Positions 1 to 13,749 of a DNA stretch of 64,000 nucleotides are shown in pieces. The stretch is from Mobula birostris (lineage: Eukaryota). The position numbers and the translations under genes are program-made. The stretch spans positions 20,871,309 through 20,935,308 of the forward strand of contig NC_092379.1 of the NCBI RefSeq assembly GCF_030028105.1, in the 5' to 3' direction. The notes beneath the pieces are model-generated. The model had not been told where the DNA came from. It did not search any database and saw nothing but the letters and a program-made list of their open reading frames with translations. Every line of letters starts with the position of its first letter. Position 1 is the first letter of the stretch.

Positions 1-1538
1 GAGCTGTTGGTACAAGTACAGGTGACTCAGAACTGGAGATCGACCATGTACATGTTTTAATGTGATGTCAGCAGGAGAGAGCATTCTGAAAAAATATGCC
101 AATGCAGGAAAATACAACAGATACTGGGGTAAACACATTAGGAGTAGAAAACATTAAACAATTACTCATTAATGCAAACCAAGAATAGAATACAGCAGCT
201 ATTTGGGGGATGAACACCAGCACCTGATTTCAGCAGAGTAAGTCCAAGAAACAGGCATTGCAGGAAGGCACACAGGACCAGATATTGAAGGAATACACTC
301 CAGGAATAGACATTGGGGAAAACTATGAAGGGCTAGACAATGGGAAAAATACCCCTCTACAGAACCAGAAATTGTGGTTAATTCTCAACTTTGTTCATGA
401 GGGAATACGACAGAGATTGGGAATACACGATTCATCTTCAGGAAGGTTGTGATTCCCATGTAGAGACAATTTAAAATCAGTTATTTGGAAAAATCAGAGA
501 ATCAGAGTCCAAACCCCACATCTCAGGAATGTACCATGTTCAGTCAAATGGGAAAATATATGTGGAGCAGATTTTAGAAACTGCACCCAAAATCACAGGT
601 TGTAGGAGTTTCCCTGTGCCCATAACCTGGAGTGCAGAGCAGGTCATGAGGGTGCATGGCACTGAATCAGATACTGGGGACGTTATTGCAGGAAAAGGAG
701 ATGACTTGGGACCAGCTCCAAATTTAATTAAAGATTAATTAAGAATTAAGTCACAGTTACACCTTTAATGAACTGACTTTAAACATCACGTCACAACCTC
801 AGCTTTTTGATTCCATCTGTTTTGCTCAGCAACCAGTCTCCCTCCCAGTCTCACGCTCCAGCCAACTAGAAAGCCAGGATGTGCAACAACTGAGGACCTT
901 ACCTTGTCACTGGCCTCTGCTCCCCTCTGGGAATGTCGGCTCCCGACACTGACCTGCCCACTCCTTCTTTCCCTCCCTGATTTTGTGCTGCCAGTCCTCC
1001 AGCATATCTTACACCCTTCACTGCTCACAGTAACAGCATTGCCTTCTGCTTCCTGTTTGTGTCTCTGCCTCTCTCTCTGCTAACGGCTCCGACAGTCTGT
1101 TTGTACAAAGTGCAGGCAGCTTGTCAGAGCCAGCATCTGACCCTGTGCTCTGTGAGGTGGGAGGGAGAAATGAGGCAGCAGATTCGAGGTGTGAAGTGTT
1201 TGAAATGTGCTGCAGGAAGGTGGAAGGAGAGGGGGGTGGGGAGAGAGAGAGAGAGAGAGAGAAGCAGCACGGGCAAGGATAGAGAGATCACAGTGTAAGA
1301 GGGAGAGACTCTCCAAGGTCAGGATACTGACTAATATCCAATTTGGTGCCGTCTTCCTCACTTCCTGCTCTGCACCCTGTGTTCTAGGCACTGGGAATCT
1401 CCCCGACTTTGTGAATGTCTGGCTCTCCAAAATCTGATCCAGGTATATTTTTGCACAATACTGCATTTGGGGGCATTCCCACAGAGACAGACTGAGAATT
1501 GTTCCTTTGAATCTCATCCTAGGGCTTTGTCCAAATGA
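1..1538. repeat. Left arm of an inverted segmental duplication (partner 19428-20944); probably continues left of the window
   Basis: Base 1 onward (gagctgttggtacaagtacaggtgactcag...) is the reverse complement of sequence ending at 20944. The match is colinear to ccaaatga (1531-1538), about 90-95% identical by eye, and is not recognisable TE sequence. Confidence 0.95.
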
Positions 1539-1729
1539 CTGGTGATACCTGGATGAAGAAACCCTCTCATTGATAAGAATCGATCCTATGTTCCTGAGTA
1601 TTAGATCACAGGTGACACAAAAGTAGATGGTATTGTGGGGAGAGAAGAAGGTTAGCAACAATTACAGTGGGATCTTGATCAGCTGGGTCGGTGAGGTGAG
1701 GCATTACAAATAGAGTATTATTCAGATGA

Positions 1730-1985
1730 GGATGTCTCAGAGCGATTGCAGAACATTCTCAGTGAGGAGGGTGAGCAAACAGAAGTGGTTGCACACATTG
1801 GCTCAAATGACAATTGGAAGAAAAAATGGATGTACTGCTGTGTAGTGAATATAGGGAGAAAGAAAAGATGTTAAAATGTAAGACCCCAACAGTGGTAATC
1901 ACTGGATTATTCCCAGTGCTATTTGCTGGTGAGGTTAAAAATTGAACATATTGTAGATTAATACATTGCTAAAACCTTGTCCAGG
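1730..1985 (+). mobile_element. CR1 LINE ORF1 (SGNH-esterase-like) fragment
   Basis: Translates to DVSERLQNILSEEGEQTEVVAHIGSND, matching the VHIGTND motif of CR1 ORF1; degenerate. Confidence 0.7.
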
Positions 1986-2023
1986 GAGCAGGAATTCAGT
2001 TCAGTTCAGTAATTTAAGAGGGG

Positions 2024-2885
2024 TGTGACAAGAATACACGTAGATTAAGATGTTCGCTGTCCTGTGTGATCAGCAGTTGGTCTGCCACCTGTCTTCAGGA
2101 GAGAGAGAGATAAGGAAAACAATGGAGCAGCATTTGGAGATATGTAATGAAGGGGAAGGAGAGCTGTCAAGAGCGGCTCCCCCTTTGAACCCTGAACTGT
2201 TTGAAGTGATGGACAGGCGATACCCCAGCAGGGGGATAAAAAGGGACAGGTTCGCTAAGGCAGGACACACACGACACCCAAGGTAATGAGACCCTGGAAG
2301 CGGTGCGCCTCTCACAAGTCGGTGGGAAGCTTTTGGACGGCTGATCGCGGGATCAAGCCATAAACGCACAGGGTGGAAAGGCACGATCGGCGGGAACCTG
2401 GTGTGTGTCCACCCTTGCCTGGGTGCCAGGTTCAGCGCAGGGAAACGATCGTATCTGGAAACGGAGGGGTCATGGTCGGTGACCTCAGATGACATCACAA
2501 AGGACTCGCCCGATAGCTGACTGCGAAGGTCTGTGTGTGGAAGCTGTGTTGAATATTCATTCGTTTTGCTCTCTCTCCTCCCCCCCCCCACTGTCCATCG
2601 CCACGGCAACGATTACTGTGAACTGAACTAAATTGAACTGAACTTTGTGTCACTTTGAAACTGGTCATTTGCCCCTAGACAACGATAGAACTTGATTGAT
2701 CCTGTTTTCTTAATTCTGTGTACATGTATGTTTATCATTGCTGAACTGTTGCATTCATTATCCTTTTAAGTAGAGTACTGTGTTGCTTGTTTCTTTAATA
2801 AAACTTTCTTAGTCCTAGTAATCCAGACTTCAACTGAGTGATCCATTTCTGCTGGTTTGGCAACCCAGTTACGGGGTACGTAACA
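2024..2885 (+). mobile_element. Isolated LTR (Gypsy-type), preceded by a PPT-like purine run
   Basis: Starts TGTGAC and ends GTAACA; AATAAA near 2797; aagagggg lies immediately upstream; no clear TSD. Confidence 0.65.
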
Positions 2886-2889
2886 TAAG

Positions 2890-4595
2890 TTACAAATAAA
2901 AATAAAATGCTGGGAACGAAAGATGAGTAAACCCAATATCTATGGTAGGAAGATAATATAACAGAGCAAAAATTGGTGAGAAATTAGACTGGGAAGATTT
3001 TTAAAATGCCAGAAAGCAAGTAACAAAAATAAAGCGGCAGAATATCAAATACAGAAGTAAGTAAACCAATACTATTAAAGAGGATACCAAAAGTTTCTTC
3101 AGATACATAAAGTGTAAAAGAGAGGTGAGAATGGATATCAGACCACTGGAAAATGATGCTGGAGAGGTAGTAATAGGGGACAGCGAAATGATGGACAAAC
3201 TGGACAAGTATTTTGCATCAGTCTTCACTGTGGAAACAACGAGCAGTATCGTGGAACTTCGAGAGTGTCAGGGGGCAGGAGTGGGTGATGCTCCCATTAC
3301 TAGGCTGAAGAGATTGTGGAGGTATTAGTAACGATCTTTCACGAATCACTAGATTCTGGAAGACTGGAAAATTCCAAATGTGACTCCATACTAGTGGTGG
3401 GACTGCTCCCTTTAACATAAAATGTCAGAGTCTTGGATGACAGGATTGATGGCTTTGTTGCAATGTCTGCACATGATACAAGATGGGTGGAGGGGCAGGT
3501 AGTTTTGAGGAAGTAGAGAGGCTACAGAAGGACGAAGCCAGATTGGTAGAATGGGCAATGAACTGGCAGATGGAATAAAATGTTCAGAATTGTACGCTCA
3601 TGCAGTTTGGTAGAAGAAATAAAAGGACAGACAATTTTCTAAATGGACAGAAAATTCAAAAATCTGAGGTGCAAATGAACTTGGGAGTCATTGTGTGGGC
3701 TTCCCTAAAGGTTAATTTGCAGGTTGAGTGGGTGGTGAGGAAGGCAAAAGTGATGTCAGCATTCATTTGAAGAGGACGACAGGATAAAAGCAAGGGAGTA
3801 AAATTGAGGCTTTAGAAAGCGCTGGTGAGGCCTAACGGAGTACGTGAGCAATTTCGGGCCCCTTATCCGAGAAAGAGACCCGGCTCATGGCGTAGTGGGA
3901 TCAGCATCGGACTTTGGGACGAAAGGTCTCGGATTAGAATCCAGCCAGCCGGCTCCCCTGCACGCTTTCCATCCATGCTGGGTTATGAGCTAGTGATCTA
4001 TTTGGAAACTCACCTGACAGAAAGCAACAGCAAACCACTGCTGTAACTTGCCTCGAATACAAATCCCCAGAGAGGCTAACCGGAGAAACTCTGGATGTGA
4101 CGTATCTTTCCTTTCCTTTATCTGAGAAAAAATGTGCTGACATAGTGGAGAGTTCAAAGGAGATTCTCAAAAATGATTCTGGGATTGAAAGGCTCGTCAC
4201 ATGATGAGCATTTCACGTGCTCACTGGAATTCAGAAGAATGAGGGGTGACCTTATTGAAACCAATCAAATGTTGAAAAGCCATGTTAAGAGTGGATGTGG
4301 AGAGGATGTTTCCCATGGTGGGAGAGCCTAAGACCAGAAGGCACAGCCTCAGAGTAGAGGGGTGTCCTTTTAGAATAGAGATGAAGATGAATTCACTGCC
4401 ACAGGCGGCTATGGAGGCCAAGTCTAGACATATTCAAGGCAGAGGTTGACAGATTCTTGATTAATCAGGGTATGAAGGTATATGGGTAGCAGAGAGGAAA
4501 TTGGGGCTAAGAGGGAAAATGGATCAGCCATGATGAAATGGCGGAACAGACTTAATGGGCCAAATGGCCTAATTCTGTTCCAATATCTTATGGAC
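2890..4595 (+). mobile_element. Degenerate CR1 LINE ORF2 and 3' end
   Basis: ORF pieces such as RMDIRPLENDAGEVVIGDSEMMDKLDKYFASVFTVE; CR1 3' UTR ending in tcttatgg; many stops and deletions. Confidence 0.85.
3875..4117 (+). mobile_element. tRNA-derived SINE inserted in CR1
   Basis: A-box TGGCGTAGTGG, B-box-like GATTAGAATCC and a (tttcc)n tail. Flanked by a 12-bp TSD ttatc(c/t)gagaaa at 3863-3874 and 4118-4129. Confidence 0.75.
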
Positions 4596-4859
4596 GTAAT
4601 GGAGGAGTCCTGAGGGGTAAAACACTATTTCAGAAAACTGGGATAGATTAGGATCAGTGAGCAAGGCTCTGTGTGTGGGAGATTATGTCTCATGAATTTC
4701 CTCTGTTTAGTCCTGCTCTGCCTTCCATAAGACCATAAGCTTTCTCTCTTTCTGTTCCCATTTGTTCATTCCCCATCTACTAGGACATAGTAGCTTAGTG
4801 GAACTGTCAGACTGCTCTCCACAGTACATCAATAAAGTTTCTGAGCGTTTTTGTTGACA

Positions 4860-5390
4860 GACCAAATCTCTTTAAGTATATTGACTATCTTGCCTTCTTT
4901 GTAACTGCATCGATATGTTAGGACCAGGTTAGGTCCTCAGAGATCTTGACACCCAGGAACTTGAAACTGCTCACGCTCTCCACTTCTGATCCCTCTAAGA
5001 GGATTGGTATGTGTTCCTACGTCTTACCCTTCCTGAAGTCCACAATCAGCTTTTTCGTTTTACTGATGTTGAGTACAAGGTTGTCGCTGTGTCACCACTC
5101 CCCCGATTGGTGTATCTCGCTCCTGTACCTCCATCTGAGATTCTACCAACAATACAATGGTTGTATCATCAGCAAATTTATGGATGGTATTTGAGTAATG
5201 CTGAGCCACAGTCATGGGTATAGAGAGGGTAGAGCAGTGAGCTAAGCACACACCCCTGAGGTGCCCCAGTGTTGATCATCAGCGAGGAGGAGACATTATT
5301 GCCAATCCACACAGATTGGTTTTCCAGTTAGGAAGTTGAGCATCTAATTGCAGAGGGAGGTACAGAGGCCCAGGTTCTGTAACTTAACTC
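4860..5390 (-). mobile_element. Rex1/RTE-like LINE reverse-transcriptase fragment
   Basis: Minus-strand translation includes YSNTIHKFADDTTIV (FADD motif); frameshifted. Confidence 0.7.
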
Positions 5391-8300
5391 CTGCTGCGAA
5401 AGTTGAGCCAACCCATGCCTGCAACTGTCTTGGACGGTTGCCCACTCAGTTCCGGGCAGAGCCAGCAACAGACTGTGGATTTGCAGATGAGGATATGGGA
5501 TCATGTTGAACAGAGGACCAAAGAGATGCCCGAACATTCTGGGGAACTTGCAGCCAAGCTTAAGAACACAGCCACCAGGTCTCAAGTAATGAAACAGACT
5601 CCATCATGCCGAGCCTTAAAGCCTATTTGCTGGAGGGAACGTACCCTCTGTAAAGTCTTGCTGCCGTCTCCTGAGGATTCCAATTGGGAATTGGACTCTG
5701 ATTTGGCCAGTTTTCACGAATGAGCTTTGTGAGCCCAGGGAGCAGATCCTGAGGTCAGTTGAATCACTCCTGCCACCTCAAAAGCCAAAGGGGTCAACCT
5801 AGAAAGAAGGTCCCAAAGAGATAGCACACCCAAACCTGTTGAAAGTGCTTCCACCTGCAAGGACATGGAGGAGGTCTTCAGCAAGGGAAAGGAATCAACT
5901 CTTCCACCACACCAACCCCACAACTGTGCGATAGACCTGCTGCCCAGAACCTGTCCCCCAAGGGGTTAATTGTATGCGCTCTTGGGCCCAGAGAAGTGTA
6001 ATGGAAGATGAAATTAAGGAGGTTCTTGCCACAGGCTTCATACAGCCCTCCACCACACCTGCTGGCACAGGCTTCTTCCTTGCACAAAAGAACGATGGGA
6101 GTCTGCAACCATGCATTAATTATAGGGAATTCAACCGCATGATGGTCAGAAATCACTGCCCACTACCACACATGAATTTCGACTTCAAGATGCTCCAAGG
6201 AGTGAGAGTATTCAGAAATCTGGAACGACAATCTGGTCCCTATAAGGGAAGATGATGAGTGGAAGACTGCATTCAACGCAACGATGGGACACGACGAGTA
6301 CCTGGTTTTGCCATTTTCATTTCAGGCATTAAAAATGATGTGCTCCAGAATACTCTCCATAAGTATTCCTTTGTCTGTATGGATGATGTCCTAAACTTCT
6401 AAAAGTCCATGGAGAAGAACGACGTTCACGTCAGGGGCATTTTAAAGAGGCTTCTAGAGCATGGACTTGATGTTCCGTTGGAGAAGTTTGAGTTACACGT
6501 GATGACTGTTTCATTTTTGGGGTTCATCATCTCCAATGGAAAACTCAAGATGGACCCCACCAGGACCCAGGCATACAGAGACTGGCCACCACCATCTAGC
6601 ATCAAACAGGTCCAATGTTTCCTGGGGTTTGCAAATTTCTACTGGAAGCTTATCAGGAACTTCAGCTCGGTGGCAGGTCCGCTGATGTCGCTAAAAAAAA
6701 TTCTACACACCCTTACGTCTGGACTACCAAAGCAGAGGCTGATTTTGTTGAGCTCGAACTGCAGTTCATAATGGCTCACATCTTGGTTTCTCCAAACCCG
6801 GACCTTCCCTTCATCATGGAGGTGGACGCCTCAATCATCGGAGTGGTGTCTTCTTGTCTCAACGATCACCTTCGGATGGTAAACTACATCCGTGTGCATT
6901 CTTCTCCAGGCAGCTCTCCTCAGCAGAGAGGAACTATGACAAGCAGTTCTTAGCTTTGGAGTAGCGGAGTCACTGGCTTGAGAGGGCCAGGAACCCTTTC
7001 ATCAATTGGACTGACCACAAGAAACTGGCTTATATTCAGGAGGCCAAGGGGCTGAGTGCTAGGCAGGCCAGGGGGTCTTTGTTCTTTCAATGCTTTGAAT
7101 TCAACCTGACTGATCGACTGGGGTCAAAGAGCCAGAAGCCAGAAGCCCTGACCCGTGAGTATGAAGAACTGGAATGAGAGGAGCAACCTACCCCCAGTTT
7201 GCTACAAGTCAGGGTGGTCGCAGCAATTTGTTGGGGAATCGACACTCTTGTTCACAGGCCCAAGTGCAAGGGCGGATTCCTAAGAACTACACTCCGGGTC
7301 AGCTCTTTGTTCCAAGTTCAATCTGGTCACAGGTCCTCCAATGGGGTCATTCGTCGAGAATGACCACACTGCCAGGGATTGCCTCAGGTTTATCAAGAGG
7401 AGGTACTGGTGGCCCGGAATGATGAAAGAGGTTCGGCACTATGTGCAGGCATGTGAGGTGTGCGACCAGAACAAGGAGCCTGGTACCCAACCTCAAGGGC
7501 TTCTCCACCCTGACCTGCTCTGGAAAGACATTGGACACACAACTCCATGGACTTTGTCACGGGTCTCCCATCATCCAAGGGGAAGTTGGTCATCATGGTA
7601 ATTATCGATTGGTTTTTGAAAGCCTGCAAGTTCATTGCCTTGGAGAGGCAACCATCTGCAGCGGGGACGGCCGAAATTGACCTGGTCCTGGTCTTCAGGA
7701 TCCACAGATTCCTGGTGGACGTTGTCTCAGATTGTGGTCCACAATAAACATCACATTTCTGGAGAGCGTTCTGTGAACTGATAGGGGCAATAGTAAGATT
7801 TTCCTCTGGATTTCACCAACAATCCAAAGGTCCGACAGAGTGAACCAAACAAGGTTTAGAATGTACCCTAAGATGCCTAGCCTCGGAAAGAACTTATGAG
7901 TGGTGTGATCATTTGATGTGGGTCGCCCACAACACCTCACAGCATTCAGTGCATGGGATATCACCATTCAAGTAACAGTTTGGTTATCCTCTGCCTCTCT
8001 TTCCATACAAGGAGGCAGAGGTGAGGTTCCCACGGCCGAAGATTTCATCCAATGCTGCAAGCGGAAATGGATTAGGGCAAGAGAAATTTTTCTGGCCTCT
8101 ATCCAGAGGTCAGAGACCAAGGTGAACTGAAGGAGAAGACAGGGACCCGCTTTACAGCCTGGGCAACAGGTCTGGCTGTCCACCCATTATTTGCGTCTCT
8201 GGGTGGAATGGAGAAAGTTGTTGCCCAAGTTCACTGGGTCCATCAAAGTCCTGAGGAAAGTAAACCCCATCGCTTATACCTTGCACCTCCCCAAGACTCT

Positions 8301-8921
8301 AAAGATCAATCCCACCTTCCACATCTCTAAATTAAAACCTGTCTGCATCAGCTCCTTAGCCCCACCACCATCAGCCCCGCTGCCACTCTGGTTTATTGAG
8401 GGGGAACAGGTCTTCACGATGAGAAGACTTTAGTACTTGTGTACCGCTCTGGGTATTTGACAATACCTCATGGACTGGGAAGAATTTGGACCCCAGGAGA
8501 GGTGCTGGGTGCCTGACAGAGATATCTGAGATCTGGCTCTCTTTGATGTCTATCACCACAGCCTCTTCAAGCAGCCAGGGTCATCAGGAATCAGCTGCAC
8601 ATGACGGGTCCTGTTACGAGACGCACCCCAAAGCCCCAGATTCCGGAATTTAGACACTCTAACTCTTCGCAGTGCAGATAGCTGGTGCGGCCCCTTTAAG
8701 GATTCAGGATCATCCTGCTACTTGGTAGTCATGTTTTGGGTACAAAGAACTGAGTATTTAAGGAACAGCTGAACAGAGGTTCAGTGCTCTATCATAAATC
8801 TACTAATGATATCATCTGGGGTTTGTTTTGTCTTCTGATCCTGTTTGATACTGTGTCTCAAACCTTGCTGTGGATACCCCAGCAACTGGGTCCAAACCAT
8901 CCTCATCAAGGACTCTCATCA
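5390..8921 (+). mobile_element. Sushi-like chromoviral Gypsy element, 3' half (PR-RT-RH-IN-chromodomain + 3' LTR), degenerate
   Basis: Translated pieces include GFIQPSTTPAGTGFFLAQKNDGSLQPCINYREFN (RT), [24 protein letters not shown] (RH), MDFVTGLP (IN) and YLMDWEEFGPQERCWVP (chromodomain, about 8400-8540). Confidence 0.92.
8612..8921 (+). repeat. 3' LTR of the sushi-like element
   Basis: TGTTACGAGAC...CATCA; homologous in inverted orientation to 37672-37959; internal TATTTAA. Confidence 0.85.
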
Positions 8922-10960
8922 GTCCTTGTACATATTGGCACAAATGACATAGGTAGATATGGTGAGGTAGTCCCAAAGAGAGATATTAGGAAGCAAAGTA
9001 GAAAGCTGAGGAACAGAACCTCCAGGGTAGTAATCTTTGGATTGTGCCTCATGGCAATGAGGGTAAGAATAGGCTGATTTGCAGGTGAATGTCTGGCTCA
9101 GGAACTGGTGCAGGAGGCATGGGTTCAGATTTATGGATTATCAGGACCTCTTCTGGGGAAGATACGACATGTACAAAAGAGATAGGTTACACCTGAGCCC
9201 GAGAGATCCCATATCCTTGCAGGCAGATTGACTATTCTGTATTGGGTATTGTACAATGAACTGGAATTGATTCGAGAGTTTCAGGTAAAAGAACCCTGAG
9301 GGCTAAGTGATCATAAAAAGACCAAATTCACCATAAAATTTGAGAAGAAAAAGCTAAAGTTAGATGTATCAATATTACGGTTGAGGAAAAGAAGTTACAG
9401 AGGCATGAGAGAGGAGTTGATCGCTATAATTGATTGGAAAAGAACACTGGCAGGGATGATGGCAGAGCAGCAATAGCTGGAATTTCTGGAAGCAATTCAG
9501 AAGGCACAGGATATATACATCCCAAAGAGGGAAAAGTATTCTAAAGGCAAGATGACACAGCCATGCCGAACAAGGGAAGTGAAGGCCAACATAAAGCCAA
9601 AGAGAGGGCATATAATTTAGCAGAAATTCTGGGAAGTTAGAAGATTGGGAAGCTTTTAAGAACCAACAGAAGGCAACTAAAGAAGTCTGTAAGAAGGTAA
9701 AGATGGAATACGAAGTAAGCTAGCCAATAATATTACTGAGGATACCAACAGTCTCTTCAGATATATGAAATGTAAAGGAGAGGTGAGAGGTCATATCGGA
9801 CCACTGGAAAAGGATGCTGGAAGGGTAGTAATGAGGGACAAGGAATTGGCAGACAAACTGAATAAATATATTTCATCAGTCTTCACTGTGGAAGACACAA
9901 GCAGTATGGTAGAAGTTCCATGTGTCAGGGGTCATGAAGTGTGCTACCATTAGTACGGAGAAGATTCTTCAGATACTGAAAGGCCTGAAGGTAGATAAGT
10001 CACTGGAGCAGATGGTGTACACCACGACATTCAGAAAGAGGTGGCTGAAGAGAATATAGAGGCATTAGTAATGGTCTTTCAAGAATCACAAGATTCCAGA
10101 ATGGAAGACCAGAAAATTGCAAATATCACTCCACTCTACAAGAAGAGAGAGAGACAGAAGAAAGGAAATGATTGGCCAGTTTGTCATAGGTGGAAGGGCA
10201 GGTAGTTATCAAGAAGTAGAGAGGCTACAGAAAGACTGAGGCAGATTAGCAGAATGGGCAAAGAAGTGACAAATGGAATACAATGTCAGGAAGGGTATGG
10301 TCATGCGCTTTGGTAGAAGAAATGAAAGGTTTGACTATTTTCCAAGTGGACAGAAAATACAAAACTCTGAGGCACAAAGGAATTGAGAGCCCTTGAGCGG
10401 GATTCTCTGAAGGTTAATTTGCAGGTTGAATCCGTGGTGAGGAAGGTAAATGAGATGTTAGTATTCATTTCCAGAGGACTGGAATATAAAAAAACAAGGA
10501 TGTAATGTTGAGATTATTAGAAAGGCTTGAGGCCTTACGTCATTTCCCATCAAATTCCATTATCTTCAACCTTTTGTCACTCCCACCCATCACCTACCAG
10601 GGGGCACAGTTTTCAGGACAGAGTTGAAAGAATTAATAAGAACAGAAGGAACAAGATTTTCAACCAGAGGATGGTCTGCATATGGGATCAGCTGCCTGAT
10701 GAAGTGGATGATGCAAATGTAAGAACAACACTAAAAAAAACACTTGGACAGGTACATGCATAGGAAGGATTCAGAGCAGGGGTTCCTAACCTTCAGTCCG
10801 TGGACCCCTTGTTTAATGGTATTGGTCAATGGCACAGAAGGGTTGCGAACACTTGTTTTAGAGGGATGTGGGGAGTTCACTAGCAACTGGGCAACTTTGA
10901 TGCCAAATTTGGTCCACATTGACTAGTTGGGCCAAGAGTCCTATTTCCATGCTCTATGAC
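8922..10960 (+). mobile_element. CR1 LINE (end of ORF1, ORF2 pieces, 3' UTR), degenerate
   Basis: VLVHIGTNDIGR directly follows the LTR; then GHIGPLEKDAG..KYISSVFTVED; the RT core is deleted. Confidence 0.85.
10777..10855. mobile_element. 79-bp hAT-type MITE inserted in a CR1 3' UTR
   Basis: Imperfect TIRs CAGGGGTTCCTAACCT and GGTTGCGAACACTTG; 8-bp TSD attcagag/ttttagag (6/8 match). Confidence 0.7.
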
Positions 10961-11274
10961 TCTGTATGAGATGCTCCAGTTTGTGAAGGCAAACCAGTCA
11001 AAGTCTTTCACAGTAAACGGTCGGGTCCTGGGGGTGCTGATATTCTCCAGGGGAGCCTACACCTTGACAGCATTAAAATTGATTTCTTCAGCATCCAATA
11101 ACTGCCTCCCACTCTGTCCTTGACCTCCCGCCTCCTAATCTACCTGACCCCCAACACCACTTCTTTCTCCTCCTCCACACGCTGCATCGGCACATCAACT
11201 GATGTTCAAAGTTCAAAGTAAATTTATTATCAGAATACATAGATGTAGCCATATATTACCCTGAGATTCATTTT

Positions 11275-12850
11275 AGACCATAAGATCATCAGATATCGGA
11301 GCAGAATTAGCTCTAGTCTGCTCCACCATTCAATCATAGCTGATCCTTTTTTGTTCTCCTCCTCAACCCCATTTCCCAGCCTTCTCCCCACAACCTCATC
11401 ATGTCCAATCAAGAACCTATCAATTTCTGCCTTAAATACACGCAAAGTCTAGGACTCCACAGCTGCATGCGGCAACAAATTCCGCAGATTCACTGCTCTC
11501 TGGTGAAAGAAATTTTTCCGCATCTCTGTTTTGAATGCATGCTCTTCATCCTGAAATTGTGTCCTCTTTTCCTAGACTCTCCTACCATGGGAAACAACCC
11601 TTCCACATCTACTGTCTAGGCCTTTCAAATTTCAAAAGGTTTCAATGAGATCCCCCCTCATCTTTCTGAATTCCAGCGAGTACAAACCCAGAGCCATCAA
11701 ATGTTCCTTATATTATGACACTTTCATTCCTGGAATCATCTTTGTGAACCTCTTCTGGACCATCTCCAATGCCAGCACTTCTCTTCTACACAATATTCAA
11801 GGTGAGGCCTCACCAGTGCCTTATAATGCCTCGGCACCACATCCCTGCCCTTGTATTCTTGACCGATTGAAATGAATGCTAACATTGTATTTGCCTTCCT
11901 TACCACCGAATCAACCTGAAAGTTAACCTTTAGGATGTTCTGCAAAAGTACTCCCAAATCCCTCAACATCTCAGATTTTTGGATTTTCTCCTTGCTTATA
12001 AAATACTCCACACATTTATTTCTCCTACCAAAGTGCATGACCATTCATTTTCCAACATTATATTTCATTTGCCACTTTCTTGCCCATTCTCCTAATCTGT
12101 CTGTCCTTCTGCATCCCCATTTACTCAACACTACCTGCCCCCTACCAGTCTTTGTATCATCTACAAACTTGGCAACAAAGCCCTCTATTTCATCATCTAA
12201 ATCATTCATATATAGTATGAAAAGAAGTGGTCCCAACACTGACCCCTGCGGAACACTAGTCACTGGCAGCCAACCAGCCAAGGATCCTTTTATTCCCACT
12301 CACTGACTTCTTCCAATCAGTCAGTGCTCTAACCATGTTTGTTACTTTCCTGTAATACCATAGGCTCTTAACTTGGTAAGCAGCCTCATGTGTGCCTCCT
12401 TGTCAAAAGCCTTCTGAAAGTCCAAATATACAACATCCACTACATCCCCTTTATCGATCCTATTTGTAATCTCCTCAAATAATTCCAATAGGTTCGTCAG
12501 GCAGGATGTTCCTGATGGAAACCGTGCTGACTTTGTCCTATCATGTCCTGGGTCACTGAGTACCCCGTCACCTCATCCTTAACAATTGACTTGAACATCT
12601 TCCCAACCATTGAGGTCAGGCTAACTTGTCTGTATTCCTTTCTGCTGCTTTCCTCCTTTCTTAAGGAGTGGAATGATATTTGCAATTTTCCAGTCCTCTG
12701 GCACCATGCCAGAGTCCAATGATTTTCGAAGGATCATTTCCACTGCCACCACAATCTCTAATGCTCCCTCTTTCAGAACGCTAGGGTGCAGTTTCTCTGG
12801 TCTGGGTGACTTACGTTCTTTTAGGTCTTTCTTCCAGAAGTGTCTGGAGT
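11275..12850 (-). mobile_element. 5'-truncated CR1 LINE (RT to 3' tail)
   Basis: [28 protein letters not shown]; (tcttatgg)-type tail at about 11275. Confidence 0.9.
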
Positions 12851-12999
12851 ATGATCTCTGCTGCTTGTTTTGTTGAATAAAGACTTCTATCTCCACCAGC
12901 TTCAGTGTCTCCCTGTTGATTTCTTTCACAGTCACAACAACGGCTTTACCTATGATGGACTGGACTGCATCCATGAATTTTTGTAGGCTTTTGAATCCA

Positions 13000-13410
13000 T
13001 GAACCTGACGAAGGGTCTCGGCCTGAAACGTTGACTGTGCTTCTTCCTTCGGATGCTGTCTGGCCTGCTGCGTTCCACTAGCATTTTGTGTGTCTTCCAT
13101 GAATTTTTGTCGGCTTTTCCATTCAAGGGTGTTTCCATACCAGTCCGTGACACAACCCACACACTCATCCCACTGGTTCCCGTCCCCACTACTCCCCTCT
13201 GCCCTCCGCACCTCCCTCCCTTTAGTTCATGCTCCACCTTCCTCTCCCATCAGATTCCATTATCTTCAGCCTTTTGCTACAATTCCATTCCCCATCTACC
13301 TGTCTACCCGCTCACCTGGCGGCCCCTATCACCTGACAGCACCTGCTCTACCCCTTCCCTCGCCTCTTTACACCGGTCACCTCCCCTCTGTCTTTCAGTC
13401 CACAGGAAGG
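13000..13410 (+). mobile_element. Penelope-like element terminal (pLTR) fragment
   Basis: ctgacgaagggtctcggcctgaaacgttgactg motif plus pyrimidine-rich tail, shared with the Penelope copies at 13750-14591 and 30176-30912. Confidence 0.6.
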
Positions 13411-13749
13411 GTCTCAACCTGTTACGCCACGGCTCCATTTCCACTCGAGATAGAGTTTATTCTACGCGCAGGGGCGCTTGGGTACGTAGTGTCTCCATTT
13501 CATTATTCGGAAGACGATCGCAACTGCCATTAAACATCGTTTTCTTTGTTCAAGACATCACAAAATGTGATCATCAAATGGCAAATACACTCCCAATGTT
13601 CCTCGAGGCTTCAGAGATACTGTACGGAAATAATAATTTATACGGCAATGACTGGTAAACATCACCATCCGGCGCAGGCGTAAAGCAGCTGCGCTTTTGT
13701 TCCCGAAATTTTCTGTGTTCAATCCTAAAACTTATAACCTTCAAAATTT

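Noticed and set aside
1080-1661. 193-aa ORF (and the related ORFs at 19449-19924) as a protein-coding gene
   Set aside because: No recognisable domain; the frame is not preserved between the two inverted arms and runs through a GA microsatellite.
3883-3950. tRNA gene
   Set aside because: A and B boxes are present, but no full cloverleaf was seen and it has a SINE body, simple-repeat tail and TSD.
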